Assembly (NCBI GenBank): GCA_043820105.1
Contig: JBDREC010000090.1
Location: forward strand, 186,001-219,338
DNA from: Pseudomonadota bacterium
GTDB taxonomy: Bacteria > Bdellovibrionota_F > JAHFAK01 > JBDREC01
Length of the DNA stretch: 33,338 nucleotides
Direction of reading: 5' to 3'
The notes below the pieces were generated by a model. It did no database searches. It was given only the letters and a program-made list of their open reading frames with translations, and had not been told where the DNA came from. The position numbers and the translations under genes are program-made. This document shows positions 9,001 through 17,682 of this stretch, piece after piece; positions within the stretch are counted from its first letter, which is position 1; each line of letters opens with the position of its first letter.

Positions 9001-10299
9001 ATCTTTGACTGTAATAAACTTTGAATCCTGTCCTCCGATTTCAAAAATCGTATCAACATCTGGGCAATGGGCTGTAGATCCAGCTTGTTGGCAGGTGATT
9101 TCATTTTTTATAATATCAGCACCCATCACAGAAGAGGCAAGGTATCGACCGCTTCCAGTTGTGCAAACTCCCAGGATTTCTAGTTTATCTTTATATTCTT
9201 TGTTTACAATATCTAGACATTCTTTAATTACATCTACTGGCCTTCCTTTGGTAGGTAGGTAGATGCCTTTAATAATTTCTTTTTTATCAGAGACTACTAC
9301 AAAGTTAGTGCTTACAGAACCAACATCTAAACCGATATATGCTTTAATTACTGCATCTGTATTAATTTGTGGTTCCTGGGGAAGGACTTCTTCTATTTTA
9401 CCAAGTCTTGGAAGGAATCGGATATTTGAAGATGAGGCAGATTGCAGTTCATTTGAAATATGGTTTATATATTGTGCGTCTAAAAAATCAGACTCATTTT
9501 CAACAATAATTGAAGCACCAAGAGCTGAGTACATGTCGGGTGTTTCAGGGATAATGAGGTCTGTTTTATTAAGATTTAGAATTTTAGTAAAGGCCCTAAT
9601 TATACCTTCATTTCTTGAGGTGCCACCAATAAAAGCCACTGGGAGATTTAGGTTTTTCCCTTTTAATACTGCTGTCATAAAGTTTCTAGCCAGGGCTATG
9701 CATAAACCATATACTATTTCATCAATAGGAATACCTTTTTGTTGCAAGTGAATCATATCAGATTTTGCAAAAACAGAACATCTTCCAGCAACTGCCGCAG
9801 GTTTTTGAGCATTTGCAGCCAGATGCGAAAAGGTTTCAATATCAATTTTTAACCGGCATGATTGTTGCTCAATGAAAGAGCCAGATCCAGCTGCACAGTG
9901 TTCATTAATTGCATAATCTATGATAGTAGGTTGTGTGGAGTTATTTTCTGTGATAATAGATATCCATTTTGATGTTTCAGCTCCAATTTCGATTATAGAT
10001 TTTACATTTGGGTAGGAAATCCAGACACCAACAGATGTTGCAATTATATCATTTATGGTTTTTATCTTGGTAAAGTTAGCAAAGAGATCTTTTCCTTTTC
10101 CTGTTACCCCTATTTTAAAAACCTGGTCAGTATAATTTTTTGTTATTTTACAAAGAAAAGCAACAAGGCTTTCATTAAGATTTCCTTTTAGGGGAATCCT
10201 GTCAATATCAAGGATTTCGTTTTTTGTTTTTACTATATATTTTAAGCTTGAAGCTCCAATATCAAGTCCAATGTAAATATTCTTGTTTTGAGTGTTCAT
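6097..10299 (-). CDS. CoA-substrate-specific enzyme activase (2-hydroxyacyl-CoA dehydratase activator-like fusion: two BadF/BadG/BcrA/BcrD ATPase domains plus DUF2229-like regions)
   Basis: Two ASKHA domains (GLDIGASS...CAAGSGSF...RCSVFA; GLDVGSVSTN...EIGGQDSK...CAAGTGSF...CTVF), CKACTNNC, CLPIK, FGCGPD. Confidence 0.92.
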   Translation of the reverse strand: MNTQNKNIYIGLDIGASSLKYIVKTKNEILDIDRIPLKGNLNESLVAFLCKITKNYTDQVFKIGVTGKGKDLFANFTKIKTINDIIATSVGVWISYPNVKSIIEIGAETSKWISIITENNSTQPTIIDYAINEHCAAGSGSFIEQQSCRLKIDIETFSHLAANAQKPAAVAGRCSVFAKSDMIHLQQKGIPIDEIVYGLCIALARNFMTAVLKGKNLNLPVAFIGGTSRNEGIIRAFTKILNLNKTDLIIPETPDMYSALGASIIVENESDFLDAQYINHISNELQSASSSNIRFLPRLGKIEEVLPQEPQINTDAVIKAYIGLDVGSVSTNFVVVSDKKEIIKGIYLPTKGRPVDVIKECLDIVNKEYKDKLEILGVCTTGSGRYLASSVMGADIIKNEITCQQAGSTAHCPDVDTIFEIGGQDSKFITVKDGKIKDFTMNKICAAGTGSFIEEQCEYLGLDVKNDFSKLAELSQKPIDLGSNCTVFMETEILNAKHNGVKTEDICASIAYSVAHNYLEKVADENKVGNNIIFQGGVASNGAVVKACSKILGKEIKIHPYNRISGALGAAYIAINEVKAKSVFKGFECIKDYSMETFECKACTNNCDVSKIKIGDTVSFFGDICEKFTSQKAMSNKSDKNLLDLRTDLIKKICCSQNIKTKENPWKLRIGIPNSSLFHDFFPFWYTFFNSLGFEVVVSPSTNMKILEAANKVLPAEVCLPIKVTFGHVAILDKEDIDYIFIPNILDFTDNDFANSKWATCPYAHSVPFMTKNISKKPFLMPSLSFISDDETFTEKMMETLTDVPLERSEIKEAFKKAKAEYSDYNSKLIDLYKDHIKTENKKHKFLIIGKPYNVMDAFCNLNLVSHIQKLGHTAIPMQMVPFGNINLTDNYHSIPWKFNRDLIKATIYAIENEMYPIIVSNFGCGPDAFTYKHLMKLVEKTHNLFLEFDEHRHEAGLITRLEAFIDEIEMDKEKVSNKSIPCLKEDNTIIKQFRQKPVYIPYFSDHAFAFSGLLRSFGIEAHILPVPDAETIRLGEKHSTGKECHAYPMITGDLMKVVNMHKKDEAIFFFPGTKIPCMLQQYGQSQHLLLNNLGINNIKIADLNFDRQKELFGIAGGKRLWEAFITIDLLIKTVCELRPYELIAGSVDRAHRLNLKDIEAGLALDTLHEAIEVCVKRLDSIEILKDKKRPIIGIAGDVYTRVNAQANQNLFKQIEKLGCQAWPSPFMVDIVDFGFRKNMEEDLFSGNFQDFFRTSALVLLKNFGKWRVSRNFNALLPSYHEPDPDEVIKLVAPYLSKDANEVLVLNIAKIIDFAKRGADGIINAMCFNCMFGMISSTIIDKIRNDFDNIPISTLIYTLNPSTTINTKLEAFVHQVKVFNENKVPPKPKRFDLFSRTVSV

Positions 10300-10310
10300 G
10301 GCATCTCCGT

Positions 10311-10428
10311 TAAGTGGTAAGTGGTAAGTCGTAAGTCGTAAGTCGTAAGTGGTAAGTGGTAAGTGGTAAGACGATTACTTACAACCTATAACTTATGACT
10401 TACGACTTACGACTTACGACTTGCGACT
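10311..10428. repeat. Head-to-head heptamer arrays forming a long inverted repeat
   Basis: (TAAGTGG/TAAGTCG)x9 at 10311-10373, then complementary ACTTACG-like units x7 at 10377-10425. Confidence 0.95.
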
Positions 10429-10469
10429 AATATACAGACATGTTGGATTAGTAAAATCTCTTAATTAAG

Positions 10470-11258
10470 TCAATTGATTTTACCATCTAAGGAAATGACA
10501 TGTTCCTGGATTTGGACATTTTTGCCAGATAATTTAACAGCTTCTTTAACAATTTCAGTTAAGCCTTTGCAACATGGAACTTCCATTATCACTGGAATGA
10601 TTTTGGGAATGTTATTGTGTTTTAAAATATTAGCTAGCTTTTCTACATATGGATCTGTGTTATCAAGTTTTGGACAGCCAACTACTACTGATCTGCCTCT
10701 TAAAAATCTCCAATGAATATCAGCTGAGACGAGTGGTGCACAAGTTGACATAATTACAAGTTCTTTTCCATTAAAGTAGGGAGCAAGTGGTGATACCAAA
10801 TGTATTTGTACTGGCCACTGTTCAAGATCTGAAGCTATAGCTTGGAAATCTTTTTGATCGCTATCTATTGCTTCACTTTTTTTAGATTCATCTTTTAAGC
10901 TTCTAGCTATTGAAGAAGGACAAGCATGACCATCGTGAAAATGAACACCATGGTCATGTTCTTTTTTGCTATGCTTAAGTTGGGCTTCTTCCATTTTTTT
11001 AACAGCTTCCTCACCCTGGGTTTTTCTTAAATGATCTTTAACAGCATCTATATCAAATTCCTTGGCTTCTCTTTCAACAATTTCAAGTGCTCCAGTTGGG
11101 CACGTTCCAATACAATCACCAAATCCATCACAAAAATCTTCTTTAACTAATTTTGCTTTACCATTGATAATCTGTAACGCCCCTTCAGAGCAACCAGTCG
11201 TGCAATTACCACAACCATCACATAAATCTTCATTTATTTTTATTATCTTTCTCTTCAT
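10470..11258 (-). CDS. 2x[4Fe-4S] ferredoxin-domain protein with His-rich linker and Cys-containing C-terminal domain (start corrected to ATG 11258)
   Basis: CDGCGNCTTGC and CDGFGDCIGTCP; QWPVQ, GCPKLD and MEVPCC motifs. This family is usually found beside hcp/HcpR-type loci in anaerobes. Confidence 0.88.
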   Translation of the reverse strand: MKRKIIKINEDLCDGCGNCTTGCSEGALQIINGKAKLVKEDFCDGFGDCIGTCPTGALEIVEREAKEFDIDAVKDHLRKTQGEEAVKKMEEAQLKHSKKEHDHGVHFHDGHACPSSIARSLKDESKKSEAIDSDQKDFQAIASDLEQWPVQIHLVSPLAPYFNGKELVIMSTCAPLVSADIHWRFLRGRSVVVGCPKLDNTDPYVEKLANILKHNNIPKIIPVIMEVPCCKGLTEIVKEAVKLSGKNVQIQEHVISLDGKIN

Positions 11259-11291
11259 TTTTTTATCCTTTTTTTTGGTTTTTATATTTAA

Positions 11292-11332
11292 ATTATATGA
11301 CATCTAGAAAAAATCACATTGACATAAATCAA
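11292..11332 (-). promoter_or_regulatory. FNR/HcpR-type binding site with class II promoter geometry
   Basis: TTGATttatGTCAA (11319-11332) centred about -41 relative to a TATAAT at 11292-11297; the cognate Crp/Fnr gene is adjacent. Confidence 0.75.
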
Positions 11333-11347
11333 GAAAATGGAAAAATT

Positions 11348-11389
11348 ATCAAGCATCAAGCATCAAGCATCAAGCATCGAGTATCTGAT
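11348..11389. repeat. Heptamer tandem array after the Crp/Fnr stop codon
   Basis: (ATCAAGC)x4 ATCGAGT ATCTGAT. Confidence 0.9.
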
Positions 11390-12067
11390 CTAAACCACAC
11401 TTAACTTATAGGAATCCTTGATATATATCACCCCATCTTTTTCCTCTATTATATCTTCCTTTTTAAGTTGATTCATAGCTCTTGAAAAAGATTCAGGAGT
11501 TGTTCCAAGGTAGGAGGATATTTCTTTTTTTGAGATTCCACTTTTGCAGATATATTCTTCTTTTTCTTTTGTCATATTTTCAATAAAATAACGAGCTAAT
11601 CGTTTTTTAACATCACTTAAAGACAGGTCTTCAACTAGCATAACCATTTTTCTGAGCCTTATAGAATAAGCATTTAATAACTTAATGGAAATTTCTGGAT
11701 TATCTTTTAGAAACTTAATGAATTCTATTTTTGGAATTCTAACTAATGTCGAATCTTCAAGCGCCTGGCAAGAGGCAGGATATATTTCTTTATCAAAAAT
11801 CGAAGCTTCAGCAATTAAATCAGATTGTTTTTGTAAATGAATTGTTTGCTCTTTCCCTTCGCTCGATACCTTGAATACTTTAAGCTTTCCAGTACAAACA
11901 ATGAAAAAAGCGGTGGCTTTTTCACCTTCTTGAAATAGTAATTTGCGATTTTTAACTCTTTTTGTTTCTGAGAAAGAGCTTATTTTTTCAAGCTCTTTAT
12001 CTTCTAAAGTTGAAAAGAAAAAATTTGAACTCAAAAATTTGCTGATATTCATTTTAATATATTTCAT
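11390..12067 (-). CDS. Crp/Fnr family transcriptional regulator (HcpR/Dnr-like)
   Basis: cNMP-binding domain (LFQEGE, GKEQ, YPAS) and HTH LGTTPESFSR; no N-terminal FNR Cys cluster. Confidence 0.92.
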   Translation of the reverse strand: MKYIKMNISKFLSSNFFFSTLEDKELEKISSFSETKRVKNRKLLFQEGEKATAFFIVCTGKLKVFKVSSEGKEQTIHLQKQSDLIAEASIFDKEIYPASCQALEDSTLVRIPKIEFIKFLKDNPEISIKLLNAYSIRLRKMVMLVEDLSLSDVKKRLARYFIENMTKEKEEYICKSGISKKEISSYLGTTPESFSRAMNQLKKEDIIEEKDGVIYIKDSYKLSVV

Positions 12068-12188
12068 AAAATTAAAATCTTTAAATAAACGATAAAAATT
12101 AAATTGTCACCAGTTTTAATTGACAGCATGAACAATGAATGCTAATCACCCTTCATTAATTCACTATATTTATAGGGGTTTTTTAGAG

Positions 12189-12968
12189 GTGAGTGATCTT
12201 AAAATAGGAAATCGAATATTTAAATCCAGGCTTTTTGTTGGAACTGGAAAATTTGCTTCTGTTAGTGAGATGATTAAAGCAATTGATGCTAGTGGATCAG
12301 AGTTTGTTACGGTAGCACTTCGTAGGATGGATTTTGATTCCAATGATGATGAGTTTATTGATAATATTGATCCTGAAAGAATTCTTCTGGTACCAAACAC
12401 TTCTGGAGCTAGAGATGCAGACGAGGCATGCAATTTAGCAAGACTTGCTTGCGCTGCTGGCGCTAAAAAATGGATAAAACTTGAACTAACGCCAGAACCA
12501 AGGCACCTTTTACCAGATCCTATTGAAACTTTAATTGCAGCTGAAAGATTAGTTAAAGAGGGTTTCAATGTTCTTCCATATATAAATGCTGATCCAATTT
12601 TAGCAAAAAGATTAGAAGACGTTGGTTGCGTTGCTGTTATGCCTCTTGGTTCACCAATTGGAACCAATAAGGGGGTTGAAGCAAAGGAAATGATAAAAAT
12701 AATCATTGAAAATAGTAATGTTCCTGTTGTGGTTGATGCTGGACTTGGAATGCCAAGTCACGCTGCTTTTGCCATGGAACTAGGTGCTGATGCTTGTTTG
12801 GTAAATACAGCTATTGCCACAGCCAAAGATCCCGTTAAAATAGCTAATGCTTTTAAGTTGGCTGTTGAGTGTGGAAGAGATGCATATTTATATAGCAAAG
12901 TTTCAACATTTGATACTGCTCAAGCTTCTTCTCCCAGAAAAGGATTCATTGAGAATTTAGGAAAATAA
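12189..12968 (+). CDS. thiG: Thiazole synthase (likely GTG start at 12189)
   Basis: SRLFVGTGK, TVALRR, PNTSGA, WIKLE, VMPLGSPIG, DAGLG. Confidence 0.97.
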   Translation: MSDLKIGNRIFKSRLFVGTGKFASVSEMIKAIDASGSEFVTVALRRMDFDSNDDEFIDNIDPERILLVPNTSGARDADEACNLARLACAAGAKKWIKLELTPEPRHLLPDPIETLIAAERLVKEGFNVLPYINADPILAKRLEDVGCVAVMPLGSPIGTNKGVEAKEMIKIIIENSNVPVVVDAGLGMPSHAAFAMELGADACLVNTAIATAKDPVKIANAFKLAVECGRDAYLYSKVSTFDTAQASSPRKGFIENLGK

Positions 12969-12971
12969 AAT

Positions 12972-14090
12972 ATGAAATCATTTGAGTATTTAACTAATTC
13001 TTTTTGGACTCGTCTTAAAGATGGTAATATTGCATCGCTTAATAATTATAAAAATGTTGAAAACGTGCTTTTTAATGAAGAATATAATATTAGTGATTTA
13101 TTGACTTTGCTTTCAATTACTGAGGATAAGCATCTAGACATTCTTCTTCAAAAATCAGAAGCCATTACAAGGCAAAGATTTGGAAAAAAGATTTCCATTT
13201 ATGCTCCTTTATATATTTCTAATTATTGCAATAATCAGTGTGTTTATTGTGGATTTAATAAGACAGTTAAGACTGAGAGAATAAATCTATCTATTGAGCA
13301 AATTGTTCAAGAGGCTAAATATTTGAGGAATAAGGGAATAAGGCAGCTTTTAATTGTGAGTGGAGAAGCGGTAAATTCAATTGATGAATATGTTAAAGTT
13401 GCTAGCTCTTTAAATCATGATTTTGACTTTCTTGCATATGAAATTGAACCACTAAAGATTTCTGAATATGCACTCTTATATAATTCTGGTTTAGATGGTG
13501 TTACTATTTATCAGGAAACATATAATGAAAAACTTTATTCTGACTATCATCCAAAGGGAAATAAAAGAGATTATAGATATCGTATAGAAACTCCTGAAAG
13601 AATAGCTCAGGCAAATATTCCAAACATTACAATTGGAGCCTTACTTGGACTTTCTGATTATAAAGAGGAAATGTTATTTTTAGCCGGGCACCTGGATTAT
13701 TTAATAAAAAAATATTGGAATATTAATTTCGCGATTTCATTTCCAAGAATTAACACCAATAATATTAACTTTAGTGCAAAGTATCCTGTTTCAGATTTTG
13801 ATTTTGTAAAAATTATAGCCTCATTTAGAATTTTATTTCCAGATACTCCTATATATCTTTCAACAAGAGAGAGCCCAAGTTTGAGAGATCATATGATAAA
13901 TTATGGGGTTACAAATATTAGTGCTGGTTCAAAAACTGATCCAGGTGGCTATGCTTTATTTAAGGATAAATTAGAGCAATTTTCTACCTCAGATAAAAGA
14001 GGAATTGAAGAAATTATAGATTATATGAAAAAAAACAATCTTAGACCTGTTCTTAAAGATTGGGACAAAGGATATAGAATAAAAAGATAG
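12972..14090 (+). CDS. thiH: 2-iminoacetate synthase (radical SAM tyrosine lyase)
   Basis: YAPLYISNYCNNQCVYCGF, YQETY, ISFPR, LSTRE, SAGSKT-x-PGGY. Confidence 0.95.
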   Translation: MKSFEYLTNSFWTRLKDGNIASLNNYKNVENVLFNEEYNISDLLTLLSITEDKHLDILLQKSEAITRQRFGKKISIYAPLYISNYCNNQCVYCGFNKTVKTERINLSIEQIVQEAKYLRNKGIRQLLIVSGEAVNSIDEYVKVASSLNHDFDFLAYEIEPLKISEYALLYNSGLDGVTIYQETYNEKLYSDYHPKGNKRDYRYRIETPERIAQANIPNITIGALLGLSDYKEEMLFLAGHLDYLIKKYWNINFAISFPRINTNNINFSAKYPVSDFDFVKIIASFRILFPDTPIYLSTRESPSLRDHMINYGVTNISAGSKTDPGGYALFKDKLEQFSTSDKRGIEEIIDYMKKNNLRPVLKDWDKGYRIKR

Positions 14091-14103
14091 AGGAAGTTCA
14101 GAT

Positions 14104-14301
14104 ATGAAGATCACTTTAAATGGAAAAGAATTTATTTTTAAAGATTCATCTTTAGAAGAATTGCTTGTGGAGCTTAATTTAAAATCAAAGAGCTTTGCCT
14201 TGCAAGTGAATCAAAATATTGTTAGCAAAAGTGCATATAAAAATTATTATTTAAGTGATGGTGATAAAGTAGAGCTTGTGCAATTTGTTGGGGGAGGGTG
14301 A
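14104..14301 (+). CDS. thiS: Sulfur carrier protein
   Basis: 65 aa ending VQFVGGG; lies within the thi operon. Confidence 0.95.
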   Translation: MKITLNGKEFIFKDSSLEELLVELNLKSKSFALQVNQNIVSKSAYKNYYLSDGDKVELVQFVGGG

Positions 14302-14303
14302 AG

Positions 14304-14324
14304 AAGTGGTAAGTGGTAAGTGGT
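14304..14324. repeat. Heptamer array after the thiS stop codon
   Basis: (AAGTGGT)x3, same unit as the array at 10311. Confidence 0.85.
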
Positions 14325-14363
14325 AAGGGAAGCTTAATAGAAAGGTTTAATGTGAATAATAGA

Positions 14364-14999
14364 ATGCAAGATTTAATAAAGAGATTTAATGCGATAGATC
14401 TTTATCCTGTAATTAGTGCAGAACAATCTTTTCATAAAGATCCTGTTTATATTCTTGATGAGATATTGAAAACTGATGTAAAAATTGTTCAGCTAAGAGA
14501 AAAAAGCTTATCTAAAAAAGATCTATATGAACTTGCTATGATTTTTAGAGAAAAAACTTTTAATAAAAAGGTTTTGTTTATTGTTAATAATGATATTGAT
14601 ATTGCTCTTGCGGTGAATGCTGATGGCGTACATCTTGGTAATGATGATCTGCCATTAAAAGTTGCAAGAAAGCTTGCTCCAAATTTGATTATTGGTAAAT
14701 CAAGCCATAATATGAAAGAGGCTATTGAAGCCAAAGAATTTGGTGCTGATTATATTAATGTAGGTCCAATTTTTGAAACTCCAACAAAGCAGGGAATGAA
14801 GGCTGTTGGGATTGAAGCTTTTACTAAAATTTCAAATCAAATTGATATTCCAATAACAGTAATGGGTGGAATAAATAAAGAAAATATTAGCACATGTTTA
14901 GAGGCTGGAGCCAATAAAGTTGCCATGATTAGAGGAATTATTGAAAATAGCATTATTGAAGATGTTAATAACTTATATAAAGTTTACTCAAGGTTTTGA
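14364..14999 (+). CDS. thiE: Thiamine-phosphate synthase (start likely ATG 14364)
   Basis: VQLREK, NNDIDIA, DGVHLG, S-x-H, GPIFETPTK, GGI. Confidence 0.95.
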   Translation: MQDLIKRFNAIDLYPVISAEQSFHKDPVYILDEILKTDVKIVQLREKSLSKKDLYELAMIFREKTFNKKVLFIVNNDIDIALAVNADGVHLGNDDLPLKVARKLAPNLIIGKSSHNMKEAIEAKEFGADYINVGPIFETPTKQGMKAVGIEAFTKISNQIDIPITVMGGINKENISTCLEAGANKVAMIRGIIENSIIEDVNNLYKVYSRF

Positions 15000-15012
15000 G
15001 CAAAAGATAGTT

Positions 15013-16089
15013 TCAAAAAATATCAAGGCATATGTTTGTAGATCTTAGGCTTATTTTATTTAAACTTATTTTTCTTAAACTGGCTTTTGAGATCTCAAAA
15101 ACATCTATGTCTGAATGTCCACCTTCTTTTTTATATTCTAATATCATTACCTCAAAGCCGCGTTTGGCAATTGAAAAATCATATTCTGAAGCAATCCAAA
15201 CTAAAATATCTGAAAGGTGTTGCTTATTTTTATTCCCTAAAATAACAAGTAATCCCATCAACAGTTCTGAGCAAGTTTCATTTATTAAAGCTTCATTTTT
15301 AACTATTCGGAAAAGAACTTGGTAATATAGCAAAGGCATATGTGCATTGCCATCTCTCAGTGGTAGTGCGATTTCACTGTTAAATGGATCTCTTGCGCTT
15401 TGCCAAAATGGTTTTTCTCTATCTATTGCCCAATTCTTTATTATCATTTCTTCAATTTGATCTTCTGTTAAAATTTCCACAGCATTTTCTTCCCATTCAA
15501 CATCAGGGTCAATTGCTCTTAGAGTTTTGAGCTCTAGTCTTGCCTTCATAAAAATATCACATGCAATTAGATCAGAACCTTTTGCATAGTCAGTAGATCG
15601 TTTTGGGTCATCCTTTAATTGTTTTAAAGTGGCTATTAGGCTATAGGCAACCAGATGATTGTCTTTTAAAAAACTTCCATAATTGGGATCATCTGAAAGC
15701 AGATATTTTAAAAGTTGCTTAGCAGGTTTCATTAAATATTGGTTTCCTGCTAATAAATTAGCTATTATTATTGTAGTCATGTCATCATATAATGGAATAA
15801 GCTTTCTTTGGTCCAGAATGGGTTCATTCATGATGTGTCTTGTTGCAGTTAAGATAAATGAAATCGGGTAATTTGTTTTTTTGTGATACTTTAACTGATG
15901 CAAGGTTTTAGAACTTGTTTTTCCAGGATAAATTCTTGTATCAATTTCAAATAGGGAATCAATTAAAGATTCGCTTAATTCAGGAAGCGGAATTTCCACA
16001 TTTTCACTGATTTTTTTAGGAGCTGAAAAAAGATTGAATGTATGTAAAACAAATAATAAATTAAAGATAAGATATAGATTTCGTTTCAT
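15013..16089 (-). CDS. Hypothetical exported alpha-helical protein
   Basis: GGGAG RBS, signal-peptide-like N terminus, 358-aa ORF; upstream TTGACA-N17-TATAGG. Confidence 0.75.
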   Translation of the reverse strand: MKRNLYLIFNLLFVLHTFNLFSAPKKISENVEIPLPELSESLIDSLFEIDTRIYPGKTSSKTLHQLKYHKKTNYPISFILTATRHIMNEPILDQRKLIPLYDDMTTIIIANLLAGNQYLMKPAKQLLKYLLSDDPNYGSFLKDNHLVAYSLIATLKQLKDDPKRSTDYAKGSDLIACDIFMKARLELKTLRAIDPDVEWEENAVEILTEDQIEEMIIKNWAIDREKPFWQSARDPFNSEIALPLRDGNAHMPLLYYQVLFRIVKNEALINETCSELLMGLLVILGNKNKQHLSDILVWIASEYDFSIAKRGFEVMILEYKKEGGHSDIDVFEISKASLRKISLNKISLRSTNICLDIF

Positions 16090-16190
16090 TTATATGCTCT
16101 CCCTGTTGCAATGGGTTACCTATATTGCATTGCACGCATTGTGTCAAGGGATTTATTTTTACGCTTTGCTTTGTTTAGTTATCATATAAT

Positions 16191-16220
16191 TTGACGCTAA
16201 GGCTATTCATATGATATAAT
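16191..16220 (+). promoter_or_regulatory. Putative sigma70 promoter
   Basis: TTGACG-N18-TATAAT upstream of the LamG gene. Confidence 0.55.
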
Positions 16221-16258
16221 TATTAAATATAATAAGGATTCAATGATTTAAGGATATT

Positions 16259-17680
16259 ATGAATTATTCTAAACCCTGGGGGCATATTTCACTTTTATTT
16301 AATGTAATATCTTTATTTCTATGCCTTTTTTTGACAGCATGCCCATCTTTAAGTTCAAATAACGAAGACAATGATACTTCAAGTGAAGTTGAGTCACTAG
16401 ATGGGGCTTATTTAGTTCTCACTGGTCAAATTAATCTTGAAAACTTTGATAATGAATATAGAAGCATTGAAATCGCTAATATTATTACAAGAAATGATAT
16501 TACCTTTCCCATAGGAATTCCTACTCCAGATATTACTTCAAGCCTAAAAACGAAGGCAAAACAGACAAAAAATACAGAACAAATTCAAGCGGTTCCAATT
16601 GTTTTTATAACAGATTCTTTGGGGGATGTCTTGTATTCAGCTATCGCCGAAGAAAATGGCAATTTTACAACCTATGTTGAAGCTAGCAAAGCTTTTAGTA
16701 TTTATTTTGTTGTTGCTAATGATTTATGTTCAACTGAAATAGATTGCTATATTGAAAATGGACTTGCTTCACTTTATAAAACATCAAATGGTAAATATAG
16801 TTTTATTTTTAATAGTAGCACTCAGAAAAGTGCAAGTATTGGTGAGCTTTCAATAAATGATTATGATTTTGCTGTTTCAGCAAGTGCAAATGATTTAACT
16901 ACAAGTGAGGCTGTTTCTGAATATGCCTCTGATATTGGATATGCAGAAACCATCATTTCTCATTGGACTTTTAATGCTGGCACTGGTCAAACAATAACAG
17001 ATGCAAGTTCATCATCAATTGATGGAACAATTAATGATGGAGCTTTGTGGACTTATGATGATGCTTTAGGATCTAATGTTCTAAGTTTTTATGGTACAGG
17101 TGAGCATGTCAACTTTAGCCCACTTTTTCCTACAAGCAATGAAATTAACCAGGAATTGACTATTATCACTAAAGTTAATCCCAATAATTTTGATCAAAGT
17201 GAAGTAGATAGAAGTGATGATGAATTATCAGCCATTATCAGCAAGGAAGTTAATAATGAAGGTAATACTGTTGAAGGTTATAGTTCTGCTATATATCTTG
17301 GCTTAAGACAAAGAGAGACAGGAGTTTATAGCGTGGTTTTTCGAGTTGGATCCTTAGAGGGTAATTCACAGTTTGTTTCAAAAAACTACTTGCCACCTGA
17401 CGCATGGACAACAATTATCGCTGTTTATATAAATGGTAGCGCTGAAATTTATATTAATGGTCTTTTAGATTCTAGTGATATTTGTTTGAACTGTGGTTTT
17501 ATCGGCAGTATTAGAACCGATAGCACAACACCATTATTAGTTGGTATGGCTTTATCTTATAATGAAAGTTTAGGAGAAGTTGAAAAAACAGATTTATATA
17601 ATGGAAAAATTAGTGAAATTAGAATGTATTCAAAAGCTTTAGTTGCATCAGAAGTTTCAGAAGTATTAGAAGAATTTTAA
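16259..17680 (+). CDS. Lipoprotein with C-terminal LamG / concanavalin-A-like domain
   Basis: Lipobox LTAC; ISHWTFNAGTG-x-T-x-x-D-x-S, W-x5-VY, IYING, G-x-ISEIRMY-x-KAL. Confidence 0.82.
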   Translation: MNYSKPWGHISLLFNVISLFLCLFLTACPSLSSNNEDNDTSSEVESLDGAYLVLTGQINLENFDNEYRSIEIANIITRNDITFPIGIPTPDITSSLKTKAKQTKNTEQIQAVPIVFITDSLGDVLYSAIAEENGNFTTYVEASKAFSIYFVVANDLCSTEIDCYIENGLASLYKTSNGKYSFIFNSSTQKSASIGELSINDYDFAVSASANDLTTSEAVSEYASDIGYAETIISHWTFNAGTGQTITDASSSSIDGTINDGALWTYDDALGSNVLSFYGTGEHVNFSPLFPTSNEINQELTIITKVNPNNFDQSEVDRSDDELSAIISKEVNNEGNTVEGYSSAIYLGLRQRETGVYSVVFRVGSLEGNSQFVSKNYLPPDAWTTIIAVYINGSAEIYINGLLDSSDICLNCGFIGSIRTDSTTPLLVGMALSYNESLGEVEKTDLYNGKISEIRMYSKALVASEVSEVLEEF

Positions 17681-17682
17681 AT

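Noticed and set aside
6423-9751. Short ORFs inside or antisense to the activase (and similar ones within thiG, thiE, hisS, hgcAB, GT9)
   Set aside because: They overlap well-supported genes and have no RBS or motifs.
10311-10428. CRISPR array
   Set aside because: Units are 7 bp and contiguous, with no unique spacers and no cas genes.
12068-12188. TPP riboswitch upstream of thiG
   Set aside because: No CTGAGA / ACCTGA core motifs are visible. A weak TGTCA-N11-TGACA dyad at 12105-12125 is too short to call.
14313-14363. N-terminal extension of thiE (MVSGKG...), and similar upstream extensions of arsR, RRM, ferredoxin and GT9
   Set aside because: They arise from read-through of repeats or promoter DNA. 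Family homology, and in most cases an RBS, start at downstream codons.
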